Shown here piece by piece: positions 1 through 8,833 of a stretch of DNA of 64,000 nucleotides. Positions within the stretch are counted from its first letter, which is position 1. The number at the start of each line of letters is the position of its first letter. The position numbers were made by a program, and so were the translations under genes. Under the pieces are notes generated by a model that did no database searches, was not told the DNA's origin, and worked only from the letters and a program-made list of their open reading frames with translations. This DNA is from a virus. Location: IMG/VR virus record IMGVR_UViG_3300026534_000035, positions 16,458-80,457 of that record, one strand, 5' to 3'.

Positions 1-2
1 GG

Positions 3-449
3 TCAAGGATAAAACTAGGCTTGTTTCAGGATGATTGTTTATTATCAGTTATGACTTTTTCTAAACCTTCTATATCTAAGGGGGCTAAGTATTATAATGA
101 AGGTTCATATGAGTTAAGCAGATTTTGTACTAAGAGTGGGTGTAGAGTAATTGGTGCGGCTTCAAAATTATTGAAGTTTTTTATCAGAAACTATAGTTGT
201 GAAAATCTGTTTTCATATGCAGATAGAAGGTGGTCTGATGGAAATTTGTATTATAGTATAGGATTTAGTTTATCAGGAATAAGTAGGCCTAATTATTGGT
301 ATATTAAAAATGGCAAAAGGTTTCACAGGTTTTCTTTTAGAAAAAAGGATTATGAACCTAAAGAAGTCAGTGAATGGGAATTAAGACGTAGACAAGGATT
401 AAATAGAATCTGGGATTGCGGCAATCTAAAATTTGAATTAAATAAATAG
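3..449 (+). CDS. 5'-truncated phage protein; C-terminal GNAT/Mom-like domain of the type found in Hef-like endonuclease proteins
   Basis: Frame is open from the window edge. Motifs ELSRFC, VIGAASKLL, YADRRWSDGNLY..IGF and IWDCG. Confidence 0.55.
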   Translation, partial: SRIKLGLFQDDCLLSVMTFSKPSISKGAKYYNEGSYELSRFCTKSGCRVIGAASKLLKFFIRNYSCENLFSYADRRWSDGNLYYSIGFSLSGISRPNYWYIKNGKRFHRFSFRKKDYEPKEVSEWELRRRQGLNRIWDCGNLKFELNK

Positions 450-466
450 GAGGATTTAATTTTAAA

Positions 467-691
467 ATGAGTGAAAGATATGTTGGAACCGTGAAATGGT
501 TCAGTAATGAAAGAGGATACGGTTTCGTTATTCCTGATTCTGATCCTGATGTAGAGTATTTTGTGCATTTTAGTAGCATTCAGATGGATGGTTATAAGAC
601 TTTAAAGGCAGGTCAAGTTGTATCTTTTGAGTTGAAAGATACTGATAAGGGCATCCAGGCTGTAAATATTAAATTAGAAGAAAAAGAGTAA
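467..691 (+). CDS. Cold-shock domain protein (CspA family)
   Basis: GTVKWFSNERGYGFV (RNP1), YFVHFSSI (RNP2), GYKTLKAGQ.V.F and KG.QAVN; SD AGGAGG upstream. Confidence 0.95.
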   Translation: MSERYVGTVKWFSNERGYGFVIPDSDPDVEYFVHFSSIQMDGYKTLKAGQVVSFELKDTDKGIQAVNIKLEEKE

Positions 692-786
692 ATATATTTA
701 AATAATGCCATGTGTTTTATATTTTTAAAATCGGCTATATAAATTACAAAGACCCTGGCCGGTGGTCTTATCAAAAGGAGGAAAAA

Positions 787-1467
787 ATGGTCTATGTTAA
801 TAAATTTGTAGTAGCTGTTAAATCTAATGGACGAATTGTTAGAGATTCTAACGGTATAGTGAGGTTGCCGTTTGGTTCGGATTATTCTTTGTTATTAAAA
901 AATAAAAATTCAGTAAAAGCATTGGTTAATGTTGAAATAGACGGCGAAAATGTTTTAGACGGTAATTCAATTCTTGTAAGCCCTAACCAATCGACAATTC
1001 TTAAAGGTTTTATGGATGGGAGAAGAGTTAGAAACAGATTTAGGTTTATTCGTAAGACGAGACAGATTTCAAAATATAGGGGAGATAAAATTGATGATGG
1101 ACTTATACGGGTAGAGTTTAGGTTTGAAAAAATAAAACCAGCTATTATAGTTACCCCATATGTTCCCTATATTAAATATTATGGTAATTATTCTACAAAT
1201 ACTACTGCTAATATTTGTTGTAGTTCTTCCGATTCTGGGATAACTACTCGTGGAGCTGAAATTAATCAAGTATTTAATTATGGGCACATTGGTGAACTTG
1301 AACCAGATTCAAGTGTTATAGTGTTGAAATTAGTTGGTAAAACTAAGTCTGGTAAAATTCATAAAGTTGTTGCTTCTAAGAGTAAAATAACATGTTCTAT
1401 ATGTGGTAAGAAATCTAAGCATTATGCTAAATTTTGTAGTAGGTGTGGAACATATATAAAATCTTAA
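787..1467 (+). CDS. Hypothetical protein with C-terminal zinc ribbon
   Basis: SD AAGGAGG before ATG 787, preferred over the track start at 712. C-terminal CSICG...CSRCG. Confidence 0.75.
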   Translation: MVYVNKFVVAVKSNGRIVRDSNGIVRLPFGSDYSLLLKNKNSVKALVNVEIDGENVLDGNSILVSPNQSTILKGFMDGRRVRNRFRFIRKTRQISKYRGDKIDDGLIRVEFRFEKIKPAIIVTPYVPYIKYYGNYSTNTTANICCSSSDSGITTRGAEINQVFNYGHIGELEPDSSVIVLKLVGKTKSGKIHKVVASKSKITCSICGKKSKHYAKFCSRCGTYIKS

Positions 1468-1468
1468 T

Positions 1469-1497
1469 TTGACAAATAAAACATATGGCATTATTAA
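1469..1497 (+). promoter_or_regulatory. Possible sigma70-type promoter
   Basis: Perfect TTGACA, 17-nt spacer, imperfect -10 (TATTAA). Very close to the next SD, so weak. Confidence 0.3.
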
Positions 1498-1509
1498 TAG
1501 GAGTTATTT

Positions 1510-1923
1510 ATGCTTGTAGGTGAATTATTATTAAGAATTAAAATATTAAAGAAAAATATAAAAGATATAAAAAGACATTTAGCTAATAAAGAAGAAAATA
1601 ATTCTAACAATAGTTATAATGACTTTATATCACAGTTGTTTGCTCACATTGAACAGTTGAGAAGTTATACTACTATTTTAATGAGGAGCAATGAGTCATC
1701 TAAGATATCTGTCGGTAATAAAGAGGTTACCATCTCTGATGCAGTTTCTTTAAAAAAGGCTATAACACATAAGATAGAAATACTAAGTTCTATGATTGAG
1801 AACAATACGAATAGAGATTTAAACATCTTTAATCTTATAGAAGAGCGAGACAAGCTTTTCGAAGAATATATCTATTTAATGTCTTTAATTAATGATAATG
1901 ATTGGAGCAAAGAAATCCAATGA
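1510..1923 (+). CDS. Hypothetical helical/coiled-coil protein
   Basis: ORF with SD AGGAG; helical heptad pattern. Confidence 0.7.
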   Translation: MLVGELLLRIKILKKNIKDIKRHLANKEENNSNNSYNDFISQLFAHIEQLRSYTTILMRSNESSKISVGNKEVTISDAVSLKKAITHKIEILSSMIENNTNRDLNIFNLIEERDKLFEEYIYLMSLINDNDWSKEIQ

Positions 1924-2150
1924 TTAAAAAAATGTGGGTTAAATTTAATGGGATGGATGTAGAATGTTTTTGTGACTATCATCATAGAAAATGTGTTTCC
2001 AAAGAATGTAGGCCTTTTGTAGTGAAATTTATAGACATATCGGAAGAAGAAAAAGCGGAAGAAGTCACTCGTGAGTTTGATAAAGCGGCAAAAAAGTTTC
2101 AATCAGAGTTGGTAAAAACTTTGAAAGTGATGGATAGAATTAAGAAGTAG
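1920..2150 (+). CDS. Hypothetical protein, Cys/His cluster
   Basis: ATGA overlap with the upstream stop; CFCDYHHRKCVSKEC. Confidence 0.6.
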   Translation: MIKKMWVKFNGMDVECFCDYHHRKCVSKECRPFVVKFIDISEEEKAEEVTREFDKAAKKFQSELVKTLKVMDRIKK

Positions 2151-2162
2151 GAGGGTTTAAGT

Positions 2163-2771
2163 ATGATTGTAGGTATTAGTGGCAAAGCGAGGTCTGGAAA
2201 GGATACGTTTGGAAAATTTTTGGCGGAGGAATTAAGTAAATCAGAAGCAGAGCTTTATATATTAATGGCCTATGCAACTGAGCTTAAAAATAAAGTTCAA
2301 AAAGATTTTGATTTGTCTTATGCTCAATTATGGGGGGATAAAAAAGAAGTTGAAGATAAGCGTTATCCAAAGCCGGATGGTTCGGGATTTTGGACTGCTA
2401 GAGAAATTTTACAAAATTATGGTCAGTTTTATAGAACTATAGACTATCGTTTTTGGATTAAAAAGCTGTTTGATGTTATAGATGATAAAAATTATAAAAA
2501 CGTAATAATTACTGATTTAAGACATCCAAATGAAGTAGATGCAGTACTTGATAAAGGCGGTTTTCATATAAAAATTATTAGGCCTTCTAAAAGTAAACCA
2601 ACTATTCATAATTCTAAACATATATCAGAAACAGCTTTGGAGAAGGATTATAAAGTAGATATAAAAGTTAATAATGATGGTAATTTGGATGCTTTAAAAA
2701 ACAATACAAAAGAGGTTGTTAAGGCTTTGTATTTCTTATTAGAAGGATCAAAGTCTAAGAATAATAAATAA
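2163..2771 (+). CDS. Deoxynucleoside monophosphate kinase (T4 gp1-like)
   Basis: P-loop IVGISGKARSGKDT, then REILQ.YG, VIITDLRHPNE and HISE. Confidence 0.88.
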   Translation: MIVGISGKARSGKDTFGKFLAEELSKSEAELYILMAYATELKNKVQKDFDLSYAQLWGDKKEVEDKRYPKPDGSGFWTAREILQNYGQFYRTIDYRFWIKKLFDVIDDKNYKNVIITDLRHPNEVDAVLDKGGFHIKIIRPSKSKPTIHNSKHISETALEKDYKVDIKVNNDGNLDALKNNTKEVVKALYFLLEGSKSKNNK

Positions 2772-2784
2772 AAGGAGAATTAAA

Positions 2785-3120
2785 ATGGCTAAAAAGAAAC
2801 AAAAAACATTTAATATTTCTGTGGATCCTGCTCAAGTTGTTTATACCAGTATTTCAAAGTCAAGCGGTGGGTATAATAATGCTAGAATGGTAGTAAAGGC
2901 TAATGATAAAGAGTATATGTCCATTAGTTATGAGTGGGAAGGCTCCGGAGTTCCTGCTTTTGCTATTAATTTAATGAGTTTTATGCAGAAAAATGGTGTA
3001 GAGACATCCGGGGTTTGGAAAGGTCAAGAGAAGGCCTACGAAGAATACGCTGCACAGTGTGGGAACAAAAAGAAAACAAAGAAAAAAGACAAAACTAAGA
3101 AGTCAGATAAAGAGATGTAA
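2785..3120 (+). CDS. Hypothetical protein, Lys-rich tail
   Basis: ORF with SD AAGGAG. Confidence 0.7.
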   Translation: MAKKKQKTFNISVDPAQVVYTSISKSSGGYNNARMVVKANDKEYMSISYEWEGSGVPAFAINLMSFMQKNGVETSGVWKGQEKAYEEYAAQCGNKKKTKKKDKTKKSDKEM

Positions 3121-3144
3121 ATAATAAAGTAAGGGGGTATTAAT

Positions 3145-3390
3145 ATGGCTATACCAATAGAAGATTTTAGAGAACCACAATGGGTTAGGTATCTTACTAG
3201 ATACCCACTTTCAGATGATAGGACTATGAGATTTTCTACGGTAGTTGCCCCACGACACTACCCCCAAAGGTATAATAGCGATGACCCTAGTACAGCTTGG
3301 AAACAAGCAGGTTATAATCCTAATGATAATTCTACTAGAGTTCAGCACATCAATCTAACTTCTGATGATTATACCCTTAGACCCTATTAG
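3145..3390 (+). CDS. Hypothetical protein
   Basis: ORF with SD GGGGG, in operon context. Confidence 0.65.
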   Translation: MAIPIEDFREPQWVRYLTRYPLSDDRTMRFSTVVAPRHYPQRYNSDDPSTAWKQAGYNPNDNSTRVQHINLTSDDYTLRPY

Positions 3391-3420
3391 TTGTAATAGA
3401 ATTAAAGGAAAGGTTATAGA

Positions 3421-3981
3421 ATGGTTCAATATAATAGACGTATAGAGATGTTCAAGGATGAATTGGATAGAATCTTTGATACTAAAATTAAAGAGTTTAC
3501 TAAAGTTTGTTTAATGGTAGCCCCAGATTATTTTTTTACTGATTGTCCTGCTAGTAGTAGTGGTAAGTATCATCCATTGGATGAACTTGCTGGGGATGGT
3601 ACTGTAATACATACAAAAAAAGTTTTTACTGTTGCTTATGCTATGTGTAGAGCTTTAGGTTGTGAAAATAGAAGAGACGAAGTTTTGTCTTCTTGTATAA
3701 TTCATGATTTATGTAAACAAGGTTTGAAAAAAACAGGGCATACAGTTAAAAATCACCCAGAATTAGCTGCTAATCTTCTAGAATCAGTGCAAAAGGATAC
3801 TCAGTATTTAAAAACTGATTCTTTTAAAATAATTTATAATGCTGTTTTTTATCATTACGGTCCATGGACTGTGAATAAATATACAAAGAGCTTATCTATG
3901 TATACTCCTGAAGAATTGTGTGTTTATTTATCTGATTATACAGCTAGTAAACGGGAATTTGAAATTCATTATAAGAAATAG
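3421..3981 (+). CDS. HD-domain phosphohydrolase
   Basis: ASSSGKYHP, HTKKV, IIHDLCK, H..H.GPW and terminal D(Y). Confidence 0.85.
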   Translation: MVQYNRRIEMFKDELDRIFDTKIKEFTKVCLMVAPDYFFTDCPASSSGKYHPLDELAGDGTVIHTKKVFTVAYAMCRALGCENRRDEVLSSCIIHDLCKQGLKKTGHTVKNHPELAANLLESVQKDTQYLKTDSFKIIYNAVFYHYGPWTVNKYTKSLSMYTPEELCVYLSDYTASKREFEIHYKK

Positions 3982-3989
3982 GGGGAGAC

Positions 3990-4319
3990 ATGTTTAATAA
4001 TTCGGAGTTTAAAAGAGATTTAAATAGACGTATGAAAAACACTTCGATAGGAGAACTTTCTCCAGGAGTTACTCCTAGGAGATATACACCTCCGGGAGGA
4101 GAGAAGCAGCATAGAGAGCGAATTCATAGAGAGAGTAAATTTGCTGATGAACATAAAAACCTACCTTTTTCTTTTTCTAAGCCTGTAAAACCCAAGCGTC
4201 ATAAATTTGTCGAATGTGATAGTTGCGGTAGTATTTTTTATGTACCAGTAAATACGGTTGGAGTTGTTTGCAGAGAATGTAAAAAATTTTCATCTGTTTC
4301 GGAGGTGGTTAATGCATAA
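3990..4319 (+). CDS. Hypothetical protein with zinc ribbon
   Basis: CDSC...CREC at the C-terminus. Confidence 0.7.
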   Translation: MFNNSEFKRDLNRRMKNTSIGELSPGVTPRRYTPPGGEKQHRERIHRESKFADEHKNLPFSFSKPVKPKRHKFVECDSCGSIFYVPVNTVGVVCRECKKFSSVSEVVNA

Positions 4320-4812
4320 TAAAAGGGGTAGAAGGGGCAGACCTATAGGATATAAGCTTAGTGAGGAGAGTAAACGAGCTATAAGTGAGGCTAAAAAAGG
4401 TCAATTTCATAGACAAGAGACAAAAGATAAAATTTCAAAATCATTAATTGTGTATTTTAGAAATAAAAACCCCGTTTCTGTAGAAATGATAAAGTATTAT
4501 AGTAGACTTAATAAAGGCGAGGCGTGTGAGTGGCTAGGCAACAGTAGAGAACACATAGATTGTTGTGATGAACTTGTTACAGAAAAAACCTTACGTAATA
4601 AACAAAAAATAGAAATAACGTGTGGTGCTAATATAGAATTATTTAGTCATTCATTGACTCCAGAACTACTTGTACTATTCAAAGAATATGCGACACGACT
4701 CGGAATAACTACTGATTTGGCTTATGACTTATTGGAGAATGATGAAAAAGGCTCACCCTATTCATATCCTCCAGAGGCTATTAATGACCCAGTAGATAAA
4801 GACCAGGAGTAA
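4312..4812 (+). CDS. NUMOD3/AT-hook DNA-binding protein
   Basis: SD GGAGG before ATG 4312. RGRP followed by LSEESKRAISEAKKG and HRQETKDKISKS (NUMOD3-like). Confidence 0.7.
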   Translation: MHNKRGRRGRPIGYKLSEESKRAISEAKKGQFHRQETKDKISKSLIVYFRNKNPVSVEMIKYYSRLNKGEACEWLGNSREHIDCCDELVTEKTLRNKQKIEITCGANIELFSHSLTPELLVLFKEYATRLGITTDLAYDLLENDEKGSPYSYPPEAINDPVDKDQE

Positions 4813-4815
4813 ATT

Positions 4816-5352
4816 ATGGCAGGTGTTAAAGGTAGAAGCGGCCGCCGCGGAAAGGTTGAGCCGAAGAAATTATTAAAAAACATTGTTCCGGTGTCAGATT
4901 TGTACACTGAAGAAGAATTAAAATTGTATAATAATCTACTTGAGGTGTATTTGTTGGACTTTGATAGTGATGATCTAACTTCAAGTGATATGGATGACAT
5001 CATTGATTTAGCAAAAAATAGAGTAATAGAAATTCGTCTATTAAAAACTAGTAAAGAATCTCCAGACAGGCAGTTAGATATTTCTGCTGCGCTAGATAAA
5101 ATAAGAAAGCAAAATGATAAAATAAAAGAGAATCTTTCTTATCGTAGGAAAGATAGAATAGATCCTCATAAATATAAAGGGTTTTCTATAGTAGATTTAG
5201 CTGTTGCTTTTGATGAAGAATGTAAATTAAAGTTACAAGAAAAGACTCAAAAACTACTAGAAAAAGAAAAAGAAATTTTAAAAAAACGGGAAGAGAGTGG
5301 GTACGTAGGAAATAGATTCGATACGGATGTAACTGAAGAGGATAAAAAATAA
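4816..5352 (+). CDS. Putative terminase small subunit
   Basis: Directly abuts terL. N-terminal MAGVKGRSGR is typical of small terminases; helical. Confidence 0.55.
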   Translation: MAGVKGRSGRRGKVEPKKLLKNIVPVSDLYTEEELKLYNNLLEVYLLDFDSDDLTSSDMDDIIDLAKNRVIEIRLLKTSKESPDRQLDISAALDKIRKQNDKIKENLSYRRKDRIDPHKYKGFSIVDLAVAFDEECKLKLQEKTQKLLEKEKEILKKREESGYVGNRFDTDVTEEDKK

Positions 5353-7077
5353 ATGGCATCTGATTATTCTGTTGTAATGGAGCAAGGTAAGAGGTTAATA
5401 GAGTTTTATAGACAAAATCCTTGTATAGCAGCTTATGACTTATTGGGTGTTGATTTGGCTCCTATTCAACGCCTTGTTTTTAAAGATATGTGGTTTAAAA
5501 ACTATGTTATAGCCGTTTGTGGAAGAGGGGCAGGTAAAACGTATCTATTAGGTCTTCTTGCTACATTAAGTGGATTACTTTATCCCGGATATAGAGTTGG
5601 TTTAATTGGTCCTGTTTTTAGGCAATCAAAAATGATTTTTTCAGAAGTAGAAAAGCTATATTCTAAATCTTCTATTTTGAGACAGGCGTGTGTTAAAAAG
5701 CCTACAAGAGGTTCTGACTTATGCTATTTGCAATTCAAATCGGTAGGTGGAAATAATGGATCCTACATAGAAGCACTTCCTTTGGGAGTAGATGGAGGCA
5801 AAGTTCGTGGGTCTCGTTTTTATTTAATTGTAATAGATGAGTTGGCCCAAGTTCCTGATAAAATACTTGACATGGTGGTTAGACCAATGGCTGCGACTTC
5901 CTTGGAACCTATGGAAAATGTCCGTAGAATAGAAAAACAAACACGTTTAATAGAGTTGGGACTAGCTACAAAAGATGACTTCGAGGATTCTACAGTAAAT
6001 AAAATAGTTATGGCGTCGTCTGGTTATTATAAATTTAATCATATGTGGCGTAGAATGAAAGATTATTGGCGCCAGCTGGATGAAGCCCAAAGACGTGGTG
6101 AAGAATGCCAATATGCTGTTTGGCAAGTTCCATATCAAGATTTACCAGACGGCTTCTTAGATTTAAATAACATCAATGAAGCTAAGCGAGTTATGTCTTC
6201 AGTTGAGTTTCAAATGGAATATGAAGCCGTTATGATTTCTGATTCAGAGGGGTTTTTTAAGGCATCATTATTAGATAATTGTACTTTTAATAGCGGTGTA
6301 GTTTTTGAAGAAGTTGGAAAAAAGGGTTATAAATACATAGTTGGGGTTGACCCAAACCAAGGTGGTGATGCTAGTTGTGGTGTATCTATAATTAAATGCT
6401 CGCATCCAAATGAGTTAGTAAATGTATATGAACTTAAGGGAAAAACTACCCAAGAACTAACTATGTTTATTCAGGATATAATTAAAAAATTTGATTGTTT
6501 TATTTACATGGATCGCGGCGGCGGCGGAAAAGCAATAATGGATTTATTAGAAGAGGGCTATAATGATTCAAAACCAGTCATAGATGTAGAAAATCCAGAC
6601 AATAGATTTAAAGAAGGTAAACGTATATTACATATGATTAATTTTACTCCAACTTGGATTTCTGATGCTAATTTTGCTACATTATCTATGCTGGAAGATA
6701 AAAATTTAAAATTTCCAGAACCCCCTGTTTCTAGTATAGCAGATGATGAGGCTTTGGCATTTGAGAGAGTAAAGATACTGAAATCCCAGATGTTAAATAT
6801 TGTAGTTAGTCAAACTAGGACTGGGGTTTTACATTTTGATACTCCTAGAAAAGGCCAAAACAAAGACTTGTATTCTTCGTTGATTTTAGCTGCGTATGGA
6901 GTTAAAGATTATGAGCACTCATTAGAAGAGGATACCTCCCCTGTGTTATTTAATAGTGGTGGTATGCTGCGCCCGCATGATAAATCTAATTGGAATGAGC
7001 TTACTTCTGGTAACGTGCCTGGTAATGCTATAACTAATTCCGCAGCACTTTTGGCAGGCAAAAAAAGAATTAAATAA
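5353..7077 (+). CDS. terL: Terminase large subunit
   Basis: Walker A CGRGAGKT, Walker B LIVIDE, motif III ASS, RNase H-like nuclease IVGVDP...YMD...KDLYSS. Confidence 0.95.
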   Translation: MASDYSVVMEQGKRLIEFYRQNPCIAAYDLLGVDLAPIQRLVFKDMWFKNYVIAVCGRGAGKTYLLGLLATLSGLLYPGYRVGLIGPVFRQSKMIFSEVEKLYSKSSILRQACVKKPTRGSDLCYLQFKSVGGNNGSYIEALPLGVDGGKVRGSRFYLIVIDELAQVPDKILDMVVRPMAATSLEPMENVRRIEKQTRLIELGLATKDDFEDSTVNKIVMASSGYYKFNHMWRRMKDYWRQLDEAQRRGEECQYAVWQVPYQDLPDGFLDLNNINEAKRVMSSVEFQMEYEAVMISDSEGFFKASLLDNCTFNSGVVFEEVGKKGYKYIVGVDPNQGGDASCGVSIIKCSHPNELVNVYELKGKTTQELTMFIQDIIKKFDCFIYMDRGGGGKAIMDLLEEGYNDSKPVIDVENPDNRFKEGKRILHMINFTPTWISDANFATLSMLEDKNLKFPEPPVSSIADDEALAFERVKILKSQMLNIVVSQTRTGVLHFDTPRKGQNKDLYSSLILAAYGVKDYEHSLEEDTSPVLFNSGGMLRPHDKSNWNELTSGNVPGNAITNSAALLAGKKRIK

Positions 7078-7157
7078 AAACATAATTAACTAACCTGCTT
7101 ATTTATAGAGCTATTAGTGTTTTTAGCTTCTGTATAGGTAAAATAGTGGAGGCACTG

Positions 7158-7646
7158 ATGCTTTATAATGACTTATCTATTTTCAATAGATCTTTTTGGG
7201 ATTTATGGATTCAGAAACTTCTTAGAAATATAGCTTCCGTAAAATACCAATGGCTAGCTTTTTTATACGTACCGGTTGTGTGGGGAATGTTTCATACTAA
7301 TCCTGCAGATAAAACCCCATGGATTTCATCGGCATTAGGATTAGGATTTTTGGGTGGTGGTTTTATAACATTGGCTACGAGTAGGATGATTGTTAGAACT
7401 AAGCTTAGAGAAGATGCAGATGATACTTCTAAACCTTACCCAAGAACTGAAGCGGTTACTGAACCAAATATATCTAAATCAGATGTTAGAAAAGCGGCGG
7501 TAATTAAGAAGAAAATAGAGAAGGCTATAGATGAGTCTGAAATATCTAGTGCGAAAGCTAGAGCTGCTAAGAAGAAATTAGAATTATATAAAGCTACCTT
7601 GAATACAAGTGGTATACATGATAATTCGTTAGATACGGATATATAG
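7158..7646 (+). CDS. Membrane protein with two TM segments (holin-like?)
   Basis: SD GGAGG before ATG 7158. Hydrophobic WLAFLYVPVVWGMF and ALGLGFLGGGFITLA; charged tail. Confidence 0.55.
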   Translation: MLYNDLSIFNRSFWDLWIQKLLRNIASVKYQWLAFLYVPVVWGMFHTNPADKTPWISSALGLGFLGGGFITLATSRMIVRTKLREDADDTSKPYPRTEAVTEPNISKSDVRKAAVIKKKIEKAIDESEISSAKARAAKKKLELYKATLNTSGIHDNSLDTDI

Positions 7647-7648
7647 TT

Positions 7649-8629
7649 ATGAAAGTTTATATTACCTTATGGGATATAATGAAATCCATTATAGTTATTG
7701 GCATTGTAGCTTTGTTATTTTTTAAAGGAGATTTATACTGGGATAAAGTAGCCTCTGCTATGGGTAATAAAAATTCCACTCAGATTACTAGGCCAGTTTT
7801 AGAAAGAATAACTGAAAACGCAGTTCGATTGTCTAACAAAGCTAATGATAAAAGATTTAGTGAATTAGAGAAAAAATTAGATAGGTCTAATTCTATAGCT
7901 TTAAAAATAGCAAAAGAATATGCTAATAAAACTGGTTCTAATTTAAAAACTTTGGGTCAAATTGTTGCTGACATGAAGTCATCATTTAATACCCAAAAGC
8001 CTGATAAATATATTGATAAAGAAAAAATTTCTAGGTCTTATGATGATGTTGATATAGTTAGAACTATGCCTAATGGAGAGCAGTTGCCTATGGGCTGGGT
8101 AAAATATCATCCAGCATTAAATGATGAAGATCCTTTTACAGTATTTAACTATCCTCTTGAGTATTATACAACTATAGTTAAAACAGAGAATGAAGATGGG
8201 CTTTTTTCATATAGTGTAGATGCTTATGTAGAGAATAATTATGTTAAAAAAGTAAGAGGCAAAAAATTTCCATTACATATAAAAAATGTTACATTTGAAG
8301 AAAAACTTATAAAAGATAAAAAATTTAGATTTAATCCAAGAATAGCTCTTGGAGGCGCTTTTAATGATAAAAATATATTTCCTATGTTGAATGTGAGTTT
8401 ATGGAGTTATGGTAGAACTAAGAGGGATATGGATTGGCGGTTTGGTATTTTTGGAGCCGGCGCTTATAGTTCTAATGGTTCAACTTATGGTGCACTCTCT
8501 GCTTCTCCCTTTGAATATAACTTAGGAAACCATATACCATATATTGAAAACTTATTCATAGGACCGACATTTAATTTTACTACTGGCGGAGATACGGCTT
8601 TTGGGTTTGAGATTTCTATACCGTTTTAG
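7649..8629 (+). CDS. Membrane-anchored protein with C-terminal beta-strand region ending in Phe
   Basis: N-terminal TM IIVIGIVALLFF, coiled coil, amphipathic beta-strands, ends FGFEISIPF. Confidence 0.6.
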   Translation: MKVYITLWDIMKSIIVIGIVALLFFKGDLYWDKVASAMGNKNSTQITRPVLERITENAVRLSNKANDKRFSELEKKLDRSNSIALKIAKEYANKTGSNLKTLGQIVADMKSSFNTQKPDKYIDKEKISRSYDDVDIVRTMPNGEQLPMGWVKYHPALNDEDPFTVFNYPLEYYTTIVKTENEDGLFSYSVDAYVENNYVKKVRGKKFPLHIKNVTFEEKLIKDKKFRFNPRIALGGAFNDKNIFPMLNVSLWSYGRTKRDMDWRFGIFGAGAYSSNGSTYGALSASPFEYNLGNHIPYIENLFIGPTFNFTTGGDTAFGFEISIPF

Positions 8630-8638
8630 GAGGATACT

Positions 8639-8824
8639 ATGAGTGATGTAAAAAGCAAAACACCGTGGTGGATAGAGGATTGGCCAGAAGATTATACTAG
8701 ATCCAGAAGCGGCGCAACATATAATATAGATGATATTATAGGTAGAAAAGATTATCAAAAATATAGTTTAGATACTGATGATCCTACTACAGTTTCAGGA
8801 CAAGATGGTAAGATTTTAATATAG
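8639..8824 (+). CDS. Small hypothetical protein
   Basis: SD AGGAGG; fits the operon. Confidence 0.65.
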   Translation: MSDVKSKTPWWIEDWPEDYTRSRSGATYNIDDIIGRKDYQKYSLDTDDPTTVSGQDGKILI

Positions 8825-8833
8825 GGGATTTAT

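Noticed and set aside
2163-3981. dNMP kinase plus HD hydrolase as evidence of a modified-base (e.g. Z-genome) pathway
   Set aside because: Both are common in large phages, and no PurZ or base-modifying enzyme is seen in the window.
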